From contig MCFH01000013.1 in assembly GCA_002104945.1 (NCBI GenBank), positions 248,001-312,000 of the forward strand: a stretch of DNA of 64,000 nt, given 5' to 3'. The notes under the pieces are model-generated. The model was given only the letters and a program-made list of their open reading frames with translations. It had not been told where the DNA came from and did not search any database. The DNA is from Piromyces finnis finn (Eukaryota; Fungi; Neocallimastigomycota). Positions 41,428 to 55,148 of the stretch are shown here, one piece after another. The first letter of the stretch is position 1, and each line of letters opens with the position of its first letter. The position numbers and the translations under genes were made by a program.

Positions 41428-43730
41428 TTAATTTATATATCTAATTTTTTTTTATTTGGTTAAAGTTTTGCTTTAATGATAATATAATTTTTTATTTATT
41501 TATTTTTTTTATTTTTACTTTGACAGTTTTTTCTTTTTTTAAAATATATAAAATATCAATGGTTAGCTTACTTTTAATAATTTTTTTTTCTTTTATATTT
41601 GATTCAGTTTTTTTTTTCGTTTTTATTTAAAAATCTTTCAAAGTATTATTAAAATTTTTAAAATAAAATGAGTGGTATTTATACTACCAGAAAAAAATAT
41701 TTTTTTACTAATGATCCATACTATTTTTAAAATTCTTTTTTTTTTTTTAACTGAATTTTTTCAATTTAAATAGTTTCGATTTTTCCAAAAAATTTAAATA
41801 AAAAAAAAAAACTGAACCAAAAATTTTAATTTATATTAAAATCTTTAATTAAAAAAAAAAATATTTTTGGATCAATTTTTATTAAAAATTTAATTTCAAT
41901 ATATTGCAATAAATTTCAATATATTATGATTATATATATAAAAAGTGAATGAAAATTTCTGTAAATTTTTAGAATTCTTCTTATCAACAAAAAATAAGGA
42001 TAAACTTGGGGGAAAATAACCACAATTAAAAAAAAAAAAACAATGGAATTTTCCTCTAATGAAAATAGAAAAAAAAAAGCTTTTAAAAGAATATTATAAA
42101 AAAATAGTATTAAAATAGAATACGACTTTGAGTAATAGTATAGTAATAACTATCTATTTAAAATAGAAAGTATATAAAAGCATTTATTAATGCATTGCAT
42201 GAAGCATCTTATCTTTTTTAAAAAAAAAATAGATGTAACCCTACGCAGAATTGATTATTTTATCAATTATTCATTTGATAAGAATTATTTGAATTTTAAA
42301 AGATAATATGAAATTTATATTAAAAAATATTAATATATAATGTTCAATATATTGCAATATATTCCAATTAAATTATTAAAGAAATAAAATTTTTAAAAAT
42401 GTGGATTTATCATTTTATTACATGGATACTCCTACTACTTCACCACTACCACTACACCACTACCACTACCACTACTACCACTACTATTACTACTAATAAT
42501 AATAATATTGATAGTAATAGAAAGTCATATAAAGTAATGATAAAAGATTCCTATGATAACAACAAAATGTCATAGTTTATTTTAGTTCATAATAATATTA
42601 AAGAGATATTTAAAGTTGTCAATTTAATCTATTGTGGCTTATTAAAGATTTATAGTAATGATATTGAATATAATAAAATCATGTGAAAATCAAAAATTAA
42701 CTGCCCAGGACATAAATAAATGTAATATTAATAGATTTATTTATAAAACTATCTAATAATAAATAACAAAAAAAAAACAAGGCCACGAAAGAAAATAAAA
42801 AAGAGGAGTTTATTGATGTTAATTCTTGTTAATAAACATTATTATTGTATTTATCATAAACAAGTCTCTTGAAATACTTAAAATCGACAAAATTATAAAA
42901 TTATAGTAATAATGGTGTATTTTAAATTCTAAATTTACACTTTAGAAAAAGTGAAGAAAATAGGTATTTCCTATTTCATTTGGAAAAGACAATTAAGATC
43001 TTAAAAGTGAAAATATATATATAGAATATAATTCCCACTTATACACTTTGAAATTAATCTTTTCAATTAAATATTAATTATTAATAATAATGACATATAT
43101 ATATAATATTAAATATAAAATATATTATATTACATTATTCTTTTTAATCATGTTTAATTAAAAAAAAAAAAAAAACAAAGTCATGTCAATGCATTCTTTT
43201 GTTTAGATTCCATATTATAATAATATACTATATTTTTGGATAAAAGAATTTTTCTGTAATTTTTTCTGTAAAATATTTAATTTTCTGTAAATTTAAAAAA
43301 ATTTTTTTTTTTTATTATTGATAAAAATAATCTATCCTACTTTAACCTTTGTACCATAAATGACAAAATCCTTTTATATTCCATTTTACATTCATAAGTA
43401 AAACTTTTATAATTTTATATAAAAAATAATTATATTTATTAAATTTATACTCTTTTAAAAAAAAAGAATATATACATGTTTTTTAGGTTTTTCCTTTATT
43501 GCTATTAATACCTTTATCTAATTTTATATCTGAAATTTTGTAAACTTTTTTTATATTTTTCATCAATTTATTTATTGAATTGGTTATTCATATTTTTTTT
43601 TTAAAAAATATACTATTTATTATAGATAGACTAGGAGCATAAAGTACAATTATATCAAAAATAAAAAGAACTAACTTTCTTTTTAATTATTAAGGTAGAT
43701 AACTAATTTACTAGAAAAAATAACAATACA

Positions 43731-44509
43731 AATGAAAAAAAAGTCTTATCTTTTGGTATTGATTTAGATACTACTGATTTTTACATAGGTATTTGATAAA
43801 ATGATTGCGTTGAAATTATTTTAAACGATCAAAATAATTGCAGTTTTATTACTATTTCTTATGCTACTTTTCACATATTCTTAGTACGTTTATTTGATGC
43901 TTTTGTAAAGAATCAACAAATCCAATAAACACTTTTTTTTGATACCAGGTTAGATAAATCTTTTATTCATGTAATTAGTTTTGATTTCACTCATACCCCA
44001 AAGATTTAAAAATTTAGTTTTTCAATTAAAAAATTACCAAACCCATTCAATGATAGTAATGCTCTTGAAAAGACTACTAGTAAAGCTAATAAAAATTACC
44101 ACTACCAATGATAAAGGTATATTATCAAAAAAAAAAAAAAAAAAAAAAAGAAATTAATACCGAAATATTCAAATAAAAAGATGTTTAGATTGTTTAATAG
44201 AGTTTTAATTAAAAATAACCTTGAATCTTTTGTATATCAATTTTGTAATACAATATGAAATGAAGAAAGTGCTAATCCTATCAATGTTACTGATAAGAAA
44301 AAAGTTAAAGTTATTGAAGCTTTTAAATAATCATAGCCATAAAATTACCAAGAAAGAATATGAAAATGGTAGAAAAAATTAATATATATTAATAAGCTAA
44401 TCATGAAAAAAATATATCAATAAACAAGGTACAATTCAAAGTCACTTTCCTAAATATCATATCAAATATTAGTTCTAGTAATGGATTAACTATTAAAGAA
44501 ATTGATTAA
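43731..44509 (+). pseudogene. HSP70: Degenerate, internally deleted cytosolic HSP70 (SSA-type) pseudogene
   Basis: FGIDLDTTDFYIGI**NDCVEIILNDQNN corresponds to [43 protein letters not shown] corresponds to [34 protein letters not shown] corresponds to ITITNDKGRLSK, and KNNLESFVY and IMKKIYQ also match. The terminus GLTIKEID* corresponds to GPTIEEVD*, with TAA at 44507-44509. There are multiple stops and frameshifts. Confidence 0.85.
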
Positions 44510-45086
44510 ACAGATTACTATCAAAGGTTTATAAATTAATTTTACTAATATTCTTATTAAAATAGTAAAGTGTAAATTATTCTAGTGTTCTCTGAAGGAG
44601 AAAACAATATGGACTATTTAAAGTTTTAATTATAATATATATATAAAAATAAAAAAAAAAAAAAAAGGAATATTTTGTCCATCTATTATTTTTAAATATT
44701 TCAATAAATATAGTGATATAGTAAATAAATTAAAATAAAAAGTATTATATAATTGTATGAATTAATGTTTAGTGTTGGAATATTTTATGGATTATATTGA
44801 TATCTTGGAACTCCAAAAAAAAAAACCTCTATTAAAGTATTAAAAAGATGTATACAATTTATAAAAATGCTTATTCAATGTAATGTATTATTATGTAATA
44901 TAAATTAAATTTTTTTAATGTAAATAAAAACATTTATGTATGATAAAATTTCTATAATATTAAAATATATATATATCTATAATATTTTAAAAAATTTTTA
45001 AAAAAAAAAAAAATAAAAGAAATTTGCAATTAAGATTTTATCTGCATGTCAAAATTGATTATTTAAATTAAAAAATTGTAATAAAT

Positions 45087-48000
45087 ATGTCAACAACAGA
45101 AGAACCTTTACAAGGAAATACCTTTCAACAATTACAACAACAGCAACTCCGTAAAGGAATTGCTACTCCATACCCAGTACCATCTTCAAGAATGGTATTT
45201 GATGGTAAGAGAATGAGAAAAGCAATTCAAAGAAGAACAGTTGATTATAATACACCAACAATTCATTGGCTAAAAGTAATTTTCCAAAATACATCTATAT
45301 AATTTAATTAAGATAAAAAAAAAAGCATAAAATAAATACTATATTTATAATTAAATTTATTATGATTTATTTAAAGATAAAAGAATCTAAAATTATTTAA
45401 TAACCCCAATTAAAATGTATACTTTTTTTTTTAAAATATATATATATATATATATATATACAATAAATAATATTATTTATATATAAAAATAATAATAAAA
45501 GAATCGTATGTGGCATCTTGATAAAAGAAGATATTTTAGTTTACAACCAGATTCCAAATTTATTATCAATGTAATTATTATAAATTTAAAAAACTATATA
45601 TATATATACATTTCGAATGTTAAAATTTCAATTTATTCAAAAATAAATTTAAATTTAATTAATAATAATTTTCATAATATTATCTACTTTAAAATTATTT
45701 TGATATAAAACAATTTAAAATTTAAAAGCTTCCTTCACCAGTAGAATTATCAAGTAATCCTGTTTCTTCAATTACAACAAAGTTTGTCCATACATCAACT
45801 AATAAAATACGTTGTCCTGTTAATGTTGTTCGGGTATTTAAATATAATGATTCTTATTATAAAATAAAAATAAAAATTCCTTTTTTAAAGTATACAATAT
45901 TTTACATTTCAAAATAAAAATGTTAATTGAAATTTCTTTAAATCATTGGTTATAAAAATATATATTTTAATTTTAAAAGTGGACACCTGATGGAAGAAGA
46001 TTAATTACAGGTTCATCAAGTGGAGAATTTACACTTTGGAATGGTTTAACCTTTAATTTCGAAACAATTTTACAAGTAACTTTTTTTTTTTTTTTTTCCT
46101 CTCATTTTTTATTCTAATTATAATTCATTAAAAAAAAAAAAAAAAAAAAAAATGGAATAATAATAATGACAATTAAAATTATTGCTTAAAAAAAAAAAAA
46201 AATAATATCTATACATTTAATAATATTTTATCATTTAAAATTAATTATAAAGGCACACGATACTGCTGTTCGTTCAATGATTTGGAGTCATAATGACAAT
46301 TGGATGGTAACAGCTGATCACTCAGGAACAATTAAATATTGGCAATCAAATATGAATAATTTAAAAGCTTTTCAAGGACATAAGGAAGCTGTTAGAGATT
46401 TATCGTAAATGTTTTTTTTTTTTTTTTTTAAAAAAAATAGAATAAAAAAATGAAATTTTTAATAAAAAAAAAAAAAAGTTTTATATATAAACAAGTCTAT
46501 TAAATAAATATTATATAAAAATATATTTATTATTTTAATTTTTATAATATAATTAGATTTTCTCCATCTGATACTAAATTTGCTTCTTGTTCAGATGATG
46601 GTTCTATTAAAGTATGGAGTTTTGCTGATGCCCAAGAAGAAAGAGTTTTAACTGGTAAATTTAAACATAAAATATATAATATATATACATAATGAGAGTA
46701 TTTTCATAATAACTTTTTTTTTTCTTTATATATATATAATTATTTATATAAACAAATAAAAATAGGTCACGGTTGGGATGTAAAATGTTTAGACTGGCAT
46801 CCTTTTAAAGGTTTATTAGCCTCCGGTAGTAAGGATAATTTAGTAAAGCTATGGGACCCAAAAACAGGAAAATCATTAACAACATTGTAAGTGTTTTTCG
46901 TTTTTTTTTATTATTTTAATTGAAAATATAAATGCGGATTAAATTGATGGTAAATAATAATATTAATAATAAATATGTTAAAATAAAAAGACACGGTCAT
47001 AAAAACACAATTTTAGGTTTAAAATGGAATAAAAATGGTAATTGGTTAATTACAGCCTCAAGAGATCAAGTATTAAGAATTTACGATATTAGAACTATGA
47101 AAGAATTCCAAAACTTTAGAGGTCATAAAAAAGAAGTTACTGGTATGTTGAGAATTTATATAAATAAAATATAATAAAAAAAAAAAAAATACAGTAGGAA
47201 TAGTATTATCTTATAAATTGATATCATCATATAAATATATAAAAGCTGTTCAATGGCACCCAATTCATGAAGATTTAGTTGTTAGTGGTGGTTCTGATGG
47301 TTCAATCATGTTTTGGAGAGTTGGGTAATAGATATACTATTGATATTCTAATTAATACAAAAAATTAAAAAAATATATATTATTATTATTATTATTTTTT
47401 TTTTTGTTTTTGGTAAAACTAAACAATATTAAATATACATTTGATATCTTTAAATTAAATCTTTATTCTAGTGTGGATCATTATTTAAGTGATATGGAAG
47501 CCGCCCATGATAGTAATATTTGGTCACTTGATTGGCATCCAATTGGTCATATTTTAGTTAGTGGTTCCAATGATCATACTACCCGTTTCTGGACAAGAAA
47601 TAGACCAGGAGATACAATGCATGATAGATTTAATGTATCAAGAAAAGAAGCTGAAGAACTTGGTCTTAAAGCAGAAGGTGATGAAGGAGAAGGAGAAGGT
47701 CAGTATCATTATCATAATAAAAACATTAAAATTTTATTGTTGTCAAACGCCATTACTATAAAAATTATATACAAGCTAAAAAAGAAAAAAATGTTAATAT
47801 ATATATATATGAAAAATAAAATATTTATATTAAACAGAAGATGACTATCAATTACCAGGTCTTGGTTCTAGCCCAGCCTTTATGCATCATCAAAATAATA
47901 ATTTACCAGGTATGGGTAGTAATCTTTCAAAGATACATATGTCAAATAATGATGATAGTGAAACCTTTACTCCTCCAGGAACAGGAAGAAACTTTAATTA

Positions 48001-48823
48001 TCATAATAACAATAACAATAATAATGACAAAAATGACAGGAAAGACAAACCAAATATGATGATGAATTCTTCTAAATTTGGAATGAATAATGACAATAAT
48101 AAAAATAACAACTATAATAATCATAATAATCATAACAATCATAATAATAACCATAATAATAATAATCATATGAATAATTATAATAATAACAATAATATCA
48201 ATATTAATAATAATAATCATATGAATAGTCATAATAATAATAACAACAATAACAGCAGCAGCAGCAACAACAACAACAACAATAATAATAATAGCAATAA
48301 TAATAATAATAGTAATAATAATAACAATATAAAATCCAATATGGGCATGAATATGAATCCTAATATGAACTCCAACAACATGAATAATATGAATCCAAAT
48401 ATGAGCCCTAACATGAATCTTAACATGAATAATATGAATCCAAATATGAATATGAATGGAATGAATCCAAACATGAATGGTATGAATGGTATGAATATGA
48501 ATAATATGAACATGAATATGGGTATGGGCATGGGTATGAATCAAAATAGAAGAATGAATAGAAACATGAACAGAGGCATGAATAGAAATAGAATGAATTA
48601 TAATAAGAGAAATGACCGAAATATGAATATGAATATGGGTATGAACAATATGGGAATGAATAACATGAACAATATGGGTATGAACAACATGGGTATGAAT
48701 AACATGGGTATGAATAACATGGGTATGAACAATATGGGTATGAACAATATGGGCATGAATAATATGGGAATGAATAATATGAATATGCCAATGGGTATGA
48801 ACAGAAGAAGACAAAATAGATAA
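45087..48823 (+). CDS. PFS2: Polyadenylation factor subunit 2 (Pfs2/WDR33), WD40 protein with a low-complexity N/M/G-rich C-terminus, multi-exon
   Basis: Motifs [89 protein letters not shown] and [37 protein letters not shown]. The last exon starts at 47838 and is in frame with ORF 47882..48823. Confidence 0.95.
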
Positions 48824-50009
48824 ATATTTAACATTCATAAAGTATATATATCTACCTATATTATAAGAAATAACCATAGATTCCCTAGGTATTCATAGAA
48901 AATAGCATTTAATATTTATATGTATATTATATCATAGTCCAGAATAACGTCTAAATTAAATATATTATATGATTTTTTTTTAATCCTTGTTTATTTTTTT
49001 TTAAAATATATATATATATAAATTTTAAAGGTATATATTTATTATATATAACTAATTTGTATATTATTAATAAAATTTTTTATTTAGAATATATAATTTT
49101 TATTAAATTATAATACCATCTATAATATACCAATTTTTATTTTTTTAAATCTATAATTTCTTTATCTCTTAATTTTAATCGTTTAATTGTAAAAAAAAAA
49201 AAAAAAAAATAAAAAATAAAAAATTAAAATGATACTGAAGTGTTAATCGTTCTTTTTTTTTTTTTTAACTCTAATTGTTATTATAATAAAGTGTAAACTA
49301 TAATAAAAGATAGTTTATTTTTTGGTGATAAAGTATATTATAATTTGAATATACTAACCTTTATTCAATTATTTCTCTATATTAAAATTTTTAAGTATTA
49401 CTTTATCTCATTTTACCTAAATTAACTTTTTAAATATATTATAGTTCTTTAAAAGTGAATTATATTTTTTTTTTTCATAAATCAATACATCAAAGTGTCA
49501 TTAATCAAATTATTATAATTTAACACGTTGAATCTATAGTTTTATTAATGGTGGATGATTTTACTTTATAAAAATAAATACTACTAATTCTAGTAATTTT
49601 ATCAAAATAAAACCCTTTATTAAATAATTTTTTTTTCTTTCCATTCCTTATTTTTTTTATATACTTCTTTCTTCACTTTTTTTTTAAAAAAAAAGTGTCC
49701 TTTTTTAAATTTGAAACAAATTTTCATCTATTTTAATTTAATTTTGTTTTATCTGATTTAAATTAATTAAAAATAAGAAATATACAATATTAAAAAATGT
49801 GACACAAAAAAAAATGCCTCAAAATGAAACCACAAAAATTTTTTTATCCTATTTGAATTTTAGGTGTAAAAAATTTTAATTCTATTTTGTAGGGAAGGAA
49901 ATTGCTTAACTTTTAATAAAAATAGTTTATTAACTATGGAAATGGAAATGGAAATAATTAAAAAAAAAAAAAAAAAACGTGTTTAAAGTTCAATTTAAAT
50001 ATATGAAAA

Positions 50010-50044
<35 letters not shown>

Positions 50045-50705
50045 TAGAAAGACTCAAACTTAAATGAGTTTATTAAAATTTATGGCAGTTCATCGCTTAA
50101 AATACTTTATTATAATAAAAATTAAAAAGTTTTTTTTTTTAAACAAAAATAAAAACAAAAAAAATTCAATTAAAATAAAAAAAAAAAAAAAAAAAAGATA
50201 CATAAGTATCTATTACTGTATTAACAGGAAAAGAAAAAATATTTAAATGAATAAAAATAATTAATTATTAAATAGTATAATAATAATAATTAATAACAGT
50301 TAATAACTAACCTATATAAAGAATATTAAATATCAAAAATATCTATATTTAATATAAAAAATACCACCATAATAATATTATTAATACACTTCAAAACACA
50401 CCCCCCCCCCCTACTTTTATCTTTGTACTTTATTCAACCTGGTATTAATAATGTACCAAAAGTTTAATAATTAAACTCTATGTTCAAATAAATTAAACTC
50501 AAAGGTCTCAAAAAAAAAAAAAAAAATTAGTATTGTTTAAAGGTAATTCATGTTCAAATAATATAATGAATTGAAATTTTTAAAAAAAAAAAAAAAAGTT
50601 TAAAAGGTATAATAAAAACAATAATATTTTCAAAAAAATAAAGATAACATTAAAAAAAAAAATTATCAAAACAAAAACTACAACAACAACAGCAATAATA
50701 ATAAA

Positions 50706-53000
50706 ATGAATAGAGAAAAACATTTTGTAAAAGTATTAATAGAAGAAAATTCTGTAAAGGATTTTAAAACATTTTACTTTTTCAATAATATAAATATTAA
50801 TAATTTGAATAGCAAGTCTTTTGACTTATTAATATATTCAATTGAACATAATGCTAAACAAGAAATAATAAATCTCATAATTAATCAATATGAAAATTTA
50901 AATTATGAATTGGAAAGTAAAAAGAACCCGTTATTTTTATCTTTAGAAAATAATAATTTTATTATTGCTGATACCTTAATGAAGAAAGGTGCCGATATTA
51001 ATTTTCGTAATAGTAATGGTGAAAATGTTCTTCATTACCTTTACAAAAATAAAACGTTGAATAAAAAAATATTATATTATGCCATACAAAAAGGTATTAA
51101 TATTAATTTCAGAAATAACGAGGGTCGTGGTATTTTAGATTATATTATTGAAGATGAAAATGTAGAATTTTTAAAAATAATATTCCATGGTTATTCCTTT
51201 ACCAAAAACTTTATATTAGAATGTTTAATTGCTTATCATTATCAAAAAGGTATTACTTCTCAAGAAATAAGTTTCAAAGTCAATAAAAATAAACGTCAAA
51301 TAAAATTATCAGAATATATGTTAAAGTCCGCTATTGAACATTGGAATGTAGATATTATGAGTGAAATAATTTTATACGATTTTAATTTGAGTACGCTTCT
51401 TCAACTTTATAATAAATACAATGTACTTTTAAGAATTACCGAGTCAAATAGGTATGACGTAGTAAAATTTCTTATAAATAAAGGTGTCTATATTAATAAA
51501 ATAGATAAAAATGGTGACTCCTCGTTAAGTATTGCGGTAAAACATGGTTACGATAAAATAGCAAAATTTTTAGTGGATAAAAAAGCAAAGTTGAACGTAC
51601 CAAATAATAAAGGTTATACTCCTTTAATGTACGCCTCTCAAAATGGCACTCTATCTCTTGTCCATTATTTAATAGATCATGGTGCAGATGTTAATTATAA
51701 AAGTAAAAAAAAATTGGATAGTGATTGTCCTTCAACACCAAGATTATTTTACTTTATCAAATCTCATTTTAACAAATTTAAAAGTCATCAAGCGTATGGA
51801 TGGTCTGTTTTGATGTGTGCTGCGCAAAACGGCCATTTAGACGTAATTAAATGTCTCTATGAACATCATGCTAAAATTTCGGAAAAAAATAACCAAGGCA
51901 ATAATGCATTAATGATTGCAGCCGAGAATGGTCATTTAGAAGTACTTCAATTTCTTCATCATAAAGGATTAAGTATTCATGATAAAAATAAAAAACAAAT
52001 GACCCCATTAATTTTAGCAAGTCAACATGGACATATTCACTGTGTTAAATATTTGGTGGAACACGGCGGAAAGATATGTCAAATGGATTCTTTTGGCAAA
52101 AATGCTTTTATGTACGCTTGCCAAAAGGGATATCAAGATATCATAAACTATTTTTATGAAAATGAAAAGTCAAAGAAATTGGTTCAATCCTCATTAAAGA
52201 TAGGCGAAACGGCATTATTATTAGCAGCTCAGAATGGCCATTTGGATATTGTCAAATGGCTTCATGATAAAAAAGTAAAATTAAATATTAAAAATAAAGA
52301 GGGTGAAAATCCATTAATATTAGCTAGTCTTAATGGACACTTGGACGTTGTAAAATTTTTGTATACCCATGGTGTAAGTGTTCATGATCAATGTAAAAAG
52401 AAAAAGACAGCAATTATGGGTGCATGTAAAAATGGACATATTGAAATTGCTCAATATTTATATAAGCATGGAGCCTCTCTTCAACCTCAAGGTTGTCAAC
52501 ATCATCGTTATTGTTATTATCATCAACATCAATATAATAGAAAAAATGTATTGCAACTGGCATGTAAATATGGTCATTTAAAAATAGTTAAATTTTTAAT
52601 AGAATGTGGAGAATTTCATCTCAATGAAAAAAATAGTATTGAAAATAGTCCTCTTCATTTAGCCATTAAACATGGACATTTAGAGATAGTAAAATATTTA
52701 ATTGATCAAGGAGCAAATATTCATCAAAGAGATATGGATGGTAATTCCTCATTAATTCTAGCGGCTAAACGAAATCATAAAGAAATTTTATACTATTTAT
52801 TGTCCAAAGGAGCAAGGATTAATGAACAAAATAAAATGAAATTTACTTCATTAATGTATGCATCCCAAAATGGACATCTTGATATTGTAGTTTATTTAGT
52901 TCATCATGGAGCAAATTCTAGAGTTTATAATAGAAATGGTGAAACTGCAAAAACCTTGGCCTTTAAATACAATCATATGGATGTTTTTAGATTTTTATAG
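50706..53000 (+). CDS. Multi-ankyrin-repeat protein, single exon, 764 aa
   Basis: Many canonical ANK units, for example GYTPLMYASQNGTLSLVHYLIDHGADVN, MTPLILASQHGHIHCVKYLVEHG and NSPLHLAIKHGHLEIVKYLIDQGANIH. Confidence 0.93.
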   Translation: MNREKHFVKVLIEENSVKDFKTFYFFNNININNLNSKSFDLLIYSIEHNAKQEIINLIINQYENLNYELESKKNPLFLSLENNNFIIADTLMKKGADINFRNSNGENVLHYLYKNKTLNKKILYYAIQKGININFRNNEGRGILDYIIEDENVEFLKIIFHGYSFTKNFILECLIAYHYQKGITSQEISFKVNKNKRQIKLSEYMLKSAIEHWNVDIMSEIILYDFNLSTLLQLYNKYNVLLRITESNRYDVVKFLINKGVYINKIDKNGDSSLSIAVKHGYDKIAKFLVDKKAKLNVPNNKGYTPLMYASQNGTLSLVHYLIDHGADVNYKSKKKLDSDCPSTPRLFYFIKSHFNKFKSHQAYGWSVLMCAAQNGHLDVIKCLYEHHAKISEKNNQGNNALMIAAENGHLEVLQFLHHKGLSIHDKNKKQMTPLILASQHGHIHCVKYLVEHGGKICQMDSFGKNAFMYACQKGYQDIINYFYENEKSKKLVQSSLKIGETALLLAAQNGHLDIVKWLHDKKVKLNIKNKEGENPLILASLNGHLDVVKFLYTHGVSVHDQCKKKKTAIMGACKNGHIEIAQYLYKHGASLQPQGCQHHRYCYYHQHQYNRKNVLQLACKYGHLKIVKFLIECGEFHLNEKNSIENSPLHLAIKHGHLEIVKYLIDQGANIHQRDMDGNSSLILAAKRNHKEILYYLLSKGARINEQNKMKFTSLMYASQNGHLDIVVYLVHHGANSRVYNRNGETAKTLAFKYNHMDVFRFL

Positions 53001-53134
53001 ACTTAAAAATTTTAACTATTTTTAAAGCAATATTTTTTTTTTATCTTTGATTTGTATGGATCATCTTTTACAAAGTTAAAATACCAAAAAAAAAGAAAAA
53101 AAAAGGGGGGACCTATAAATCATACTCTTATCAA

Positions 53135-53165
<31 letters not shown>

Positions 53166-55112
53166 CCATTAATAAAAAATAAAAGATATTTAAATCAATT
53201 TTTTATAAATTGATTTAAATATCAGAATATATAATAACTAGGAATAAATGGGGGCAAATCAAGAAGGTTAAATCAAGAATCAAAAAGAAGAATAATATAA
53301 AAAAAAAAAAAAAGGAAATTAACTATATAATTTATACCTATACCAAATAGAAAACTATCTAAAACTAAGATCTAATATATAAATTTTCATTCTTATTTTA
53401 TTAGACCTTATATCATTTTATTTTATGTGAAACTAACTTTTTATGTTTATTTCATTTACTGAATATATATATTTCATGAAAAAAAAAAAAGTTCAATTAT
53501 ATTTCATTCATTTATAATAATTTTTGGAATTTTTACCTTTACTATTTCATTTTTTTTTTATTATTTATTATATGAAATTATTCAAATTATTCAAATCTCT
53601 CTCTCTATATCTACTACTATTTGTATTTTATTTTTCATTCTATTATTAATCTTAAATAATTTTGGTGATATCAATTTATTATTAAAATTATAATTCTTAA
53701 AATAATAACATTAATTTATCTCATTTTCTTTCTTTTTTTTTTTTTTTATTTTTTAATATTCTTATAGTTTATAAACTATTTTATAATATTTTATATCTAT
53801 TAATTTGATAGTTTATTTAAATAACATTTTTATCATTTAAATAATCATTTATATATTTTAAATACCAAAGTTTTTTTTTTAAAAAAAAAATATTCATTTG
53901 TAAAGCTTTTTTCTAATTTTATATAATTTTGTATAATTTTATATTTTTGCATTATAAAATCAAATTATAAATAAATAAATTTTGCTTAGCTTTACTACTA
54001 CTATTTATTATTAAAAATCTAATTATATAATTTAATATTTTTTTTCTCCAAGTATAATGTGTTGTCAAACGTAACTCAATTTTTTTTTTTTACCCTAAAA
54101 AAATAGTAATATTCTTTTTCTATGTTTTTTAAGACTGGCCGGCCGGTTTCTTTTTTACTATTAAAATTTATATTAGAAGGGATTTTATTGGTAAAGTTTT
54201 TTTTCAATAAAATTTATTATAATTTTAAAAAATACTATTTATAATTTATAATTAATAAAATTAAAATTAATTTAAATTAAAAAAAAAGTAAATGAATAAT
54301 TAAATAAATTATTATTCATTTTAAATGACGATTTAAATAAATTCTTTTCAAAATGATGTAGTTTATAAATGTGTATGGATAGGATTAGAAATGCATATGT
54401 TTTATAAAGAAGTAATTTATTATTACATTCCTTATTACTGTTACTACCATTTTTATTATTATTTTATTTTTTTATCTATCTATTTTTTTTTTTATAACTA
54501 TTCACAATATTAAAATTTTTAATCTATTCCATTAATTTTTTTTATAAATTTAAAACAAGTTTAATATCAAGGCAATTCATGCATTTTATATTTAATTCTA
54601 TTTAAAAAATATAATAAATAAACTTTTATTAATTAAATAGAATCAATAATAATATTAAAAAAAAAAAAAAAAAAAAAACGAGGAAAATCAGCATTTTTAA
54701 ATAAAAAAAAAAAAAAAAGAATTAATTTTTTATTTTTAAATATTATAAAAAAAAAAAAAAAAGTAGAAAATTAAACGAGATAAAACGCACCTTTGAACTA
54801 TTTTTGTTATTTAATTTACTTATAAATAAATATAAACATTATTATTATAATATACTATTTATTAAAATAATAAAATCAAAATAAACAATAAACCATATAA
54901 AAAACAAAAATTGAAATTCAAAAAAAAAAGAAAAAATAGAAATTTTAATTTTTTATTCTTATTTTTTATTATTAAAACATTAAACATTATCAAAGAAAAA
55001 AGAAATATATTTTCCTATATATACAAGATATGCTTTTTTTTGTTTTTGTTTTTGTTTTTGTTTTTGATATATAGCAAAATTTTCTTTCAAAGGAAATCTC
55101 AATAAAATAATA

Positions 55113-55148
<36 letters not shown>

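Noticed and set aside
47942-48877. His/Ile-rich and Tyr/Cys/Pro-rich minus-strand ORFs
   Set aside because: They are antisense shadows of the AAT/ATG-rich Pfs2 tail.
50401-50412. Poly-C runs (also 58829-58839)
   Set aside because: Too short for a convincing G-quadruplex, and homopolymers are pervasive in this genome.
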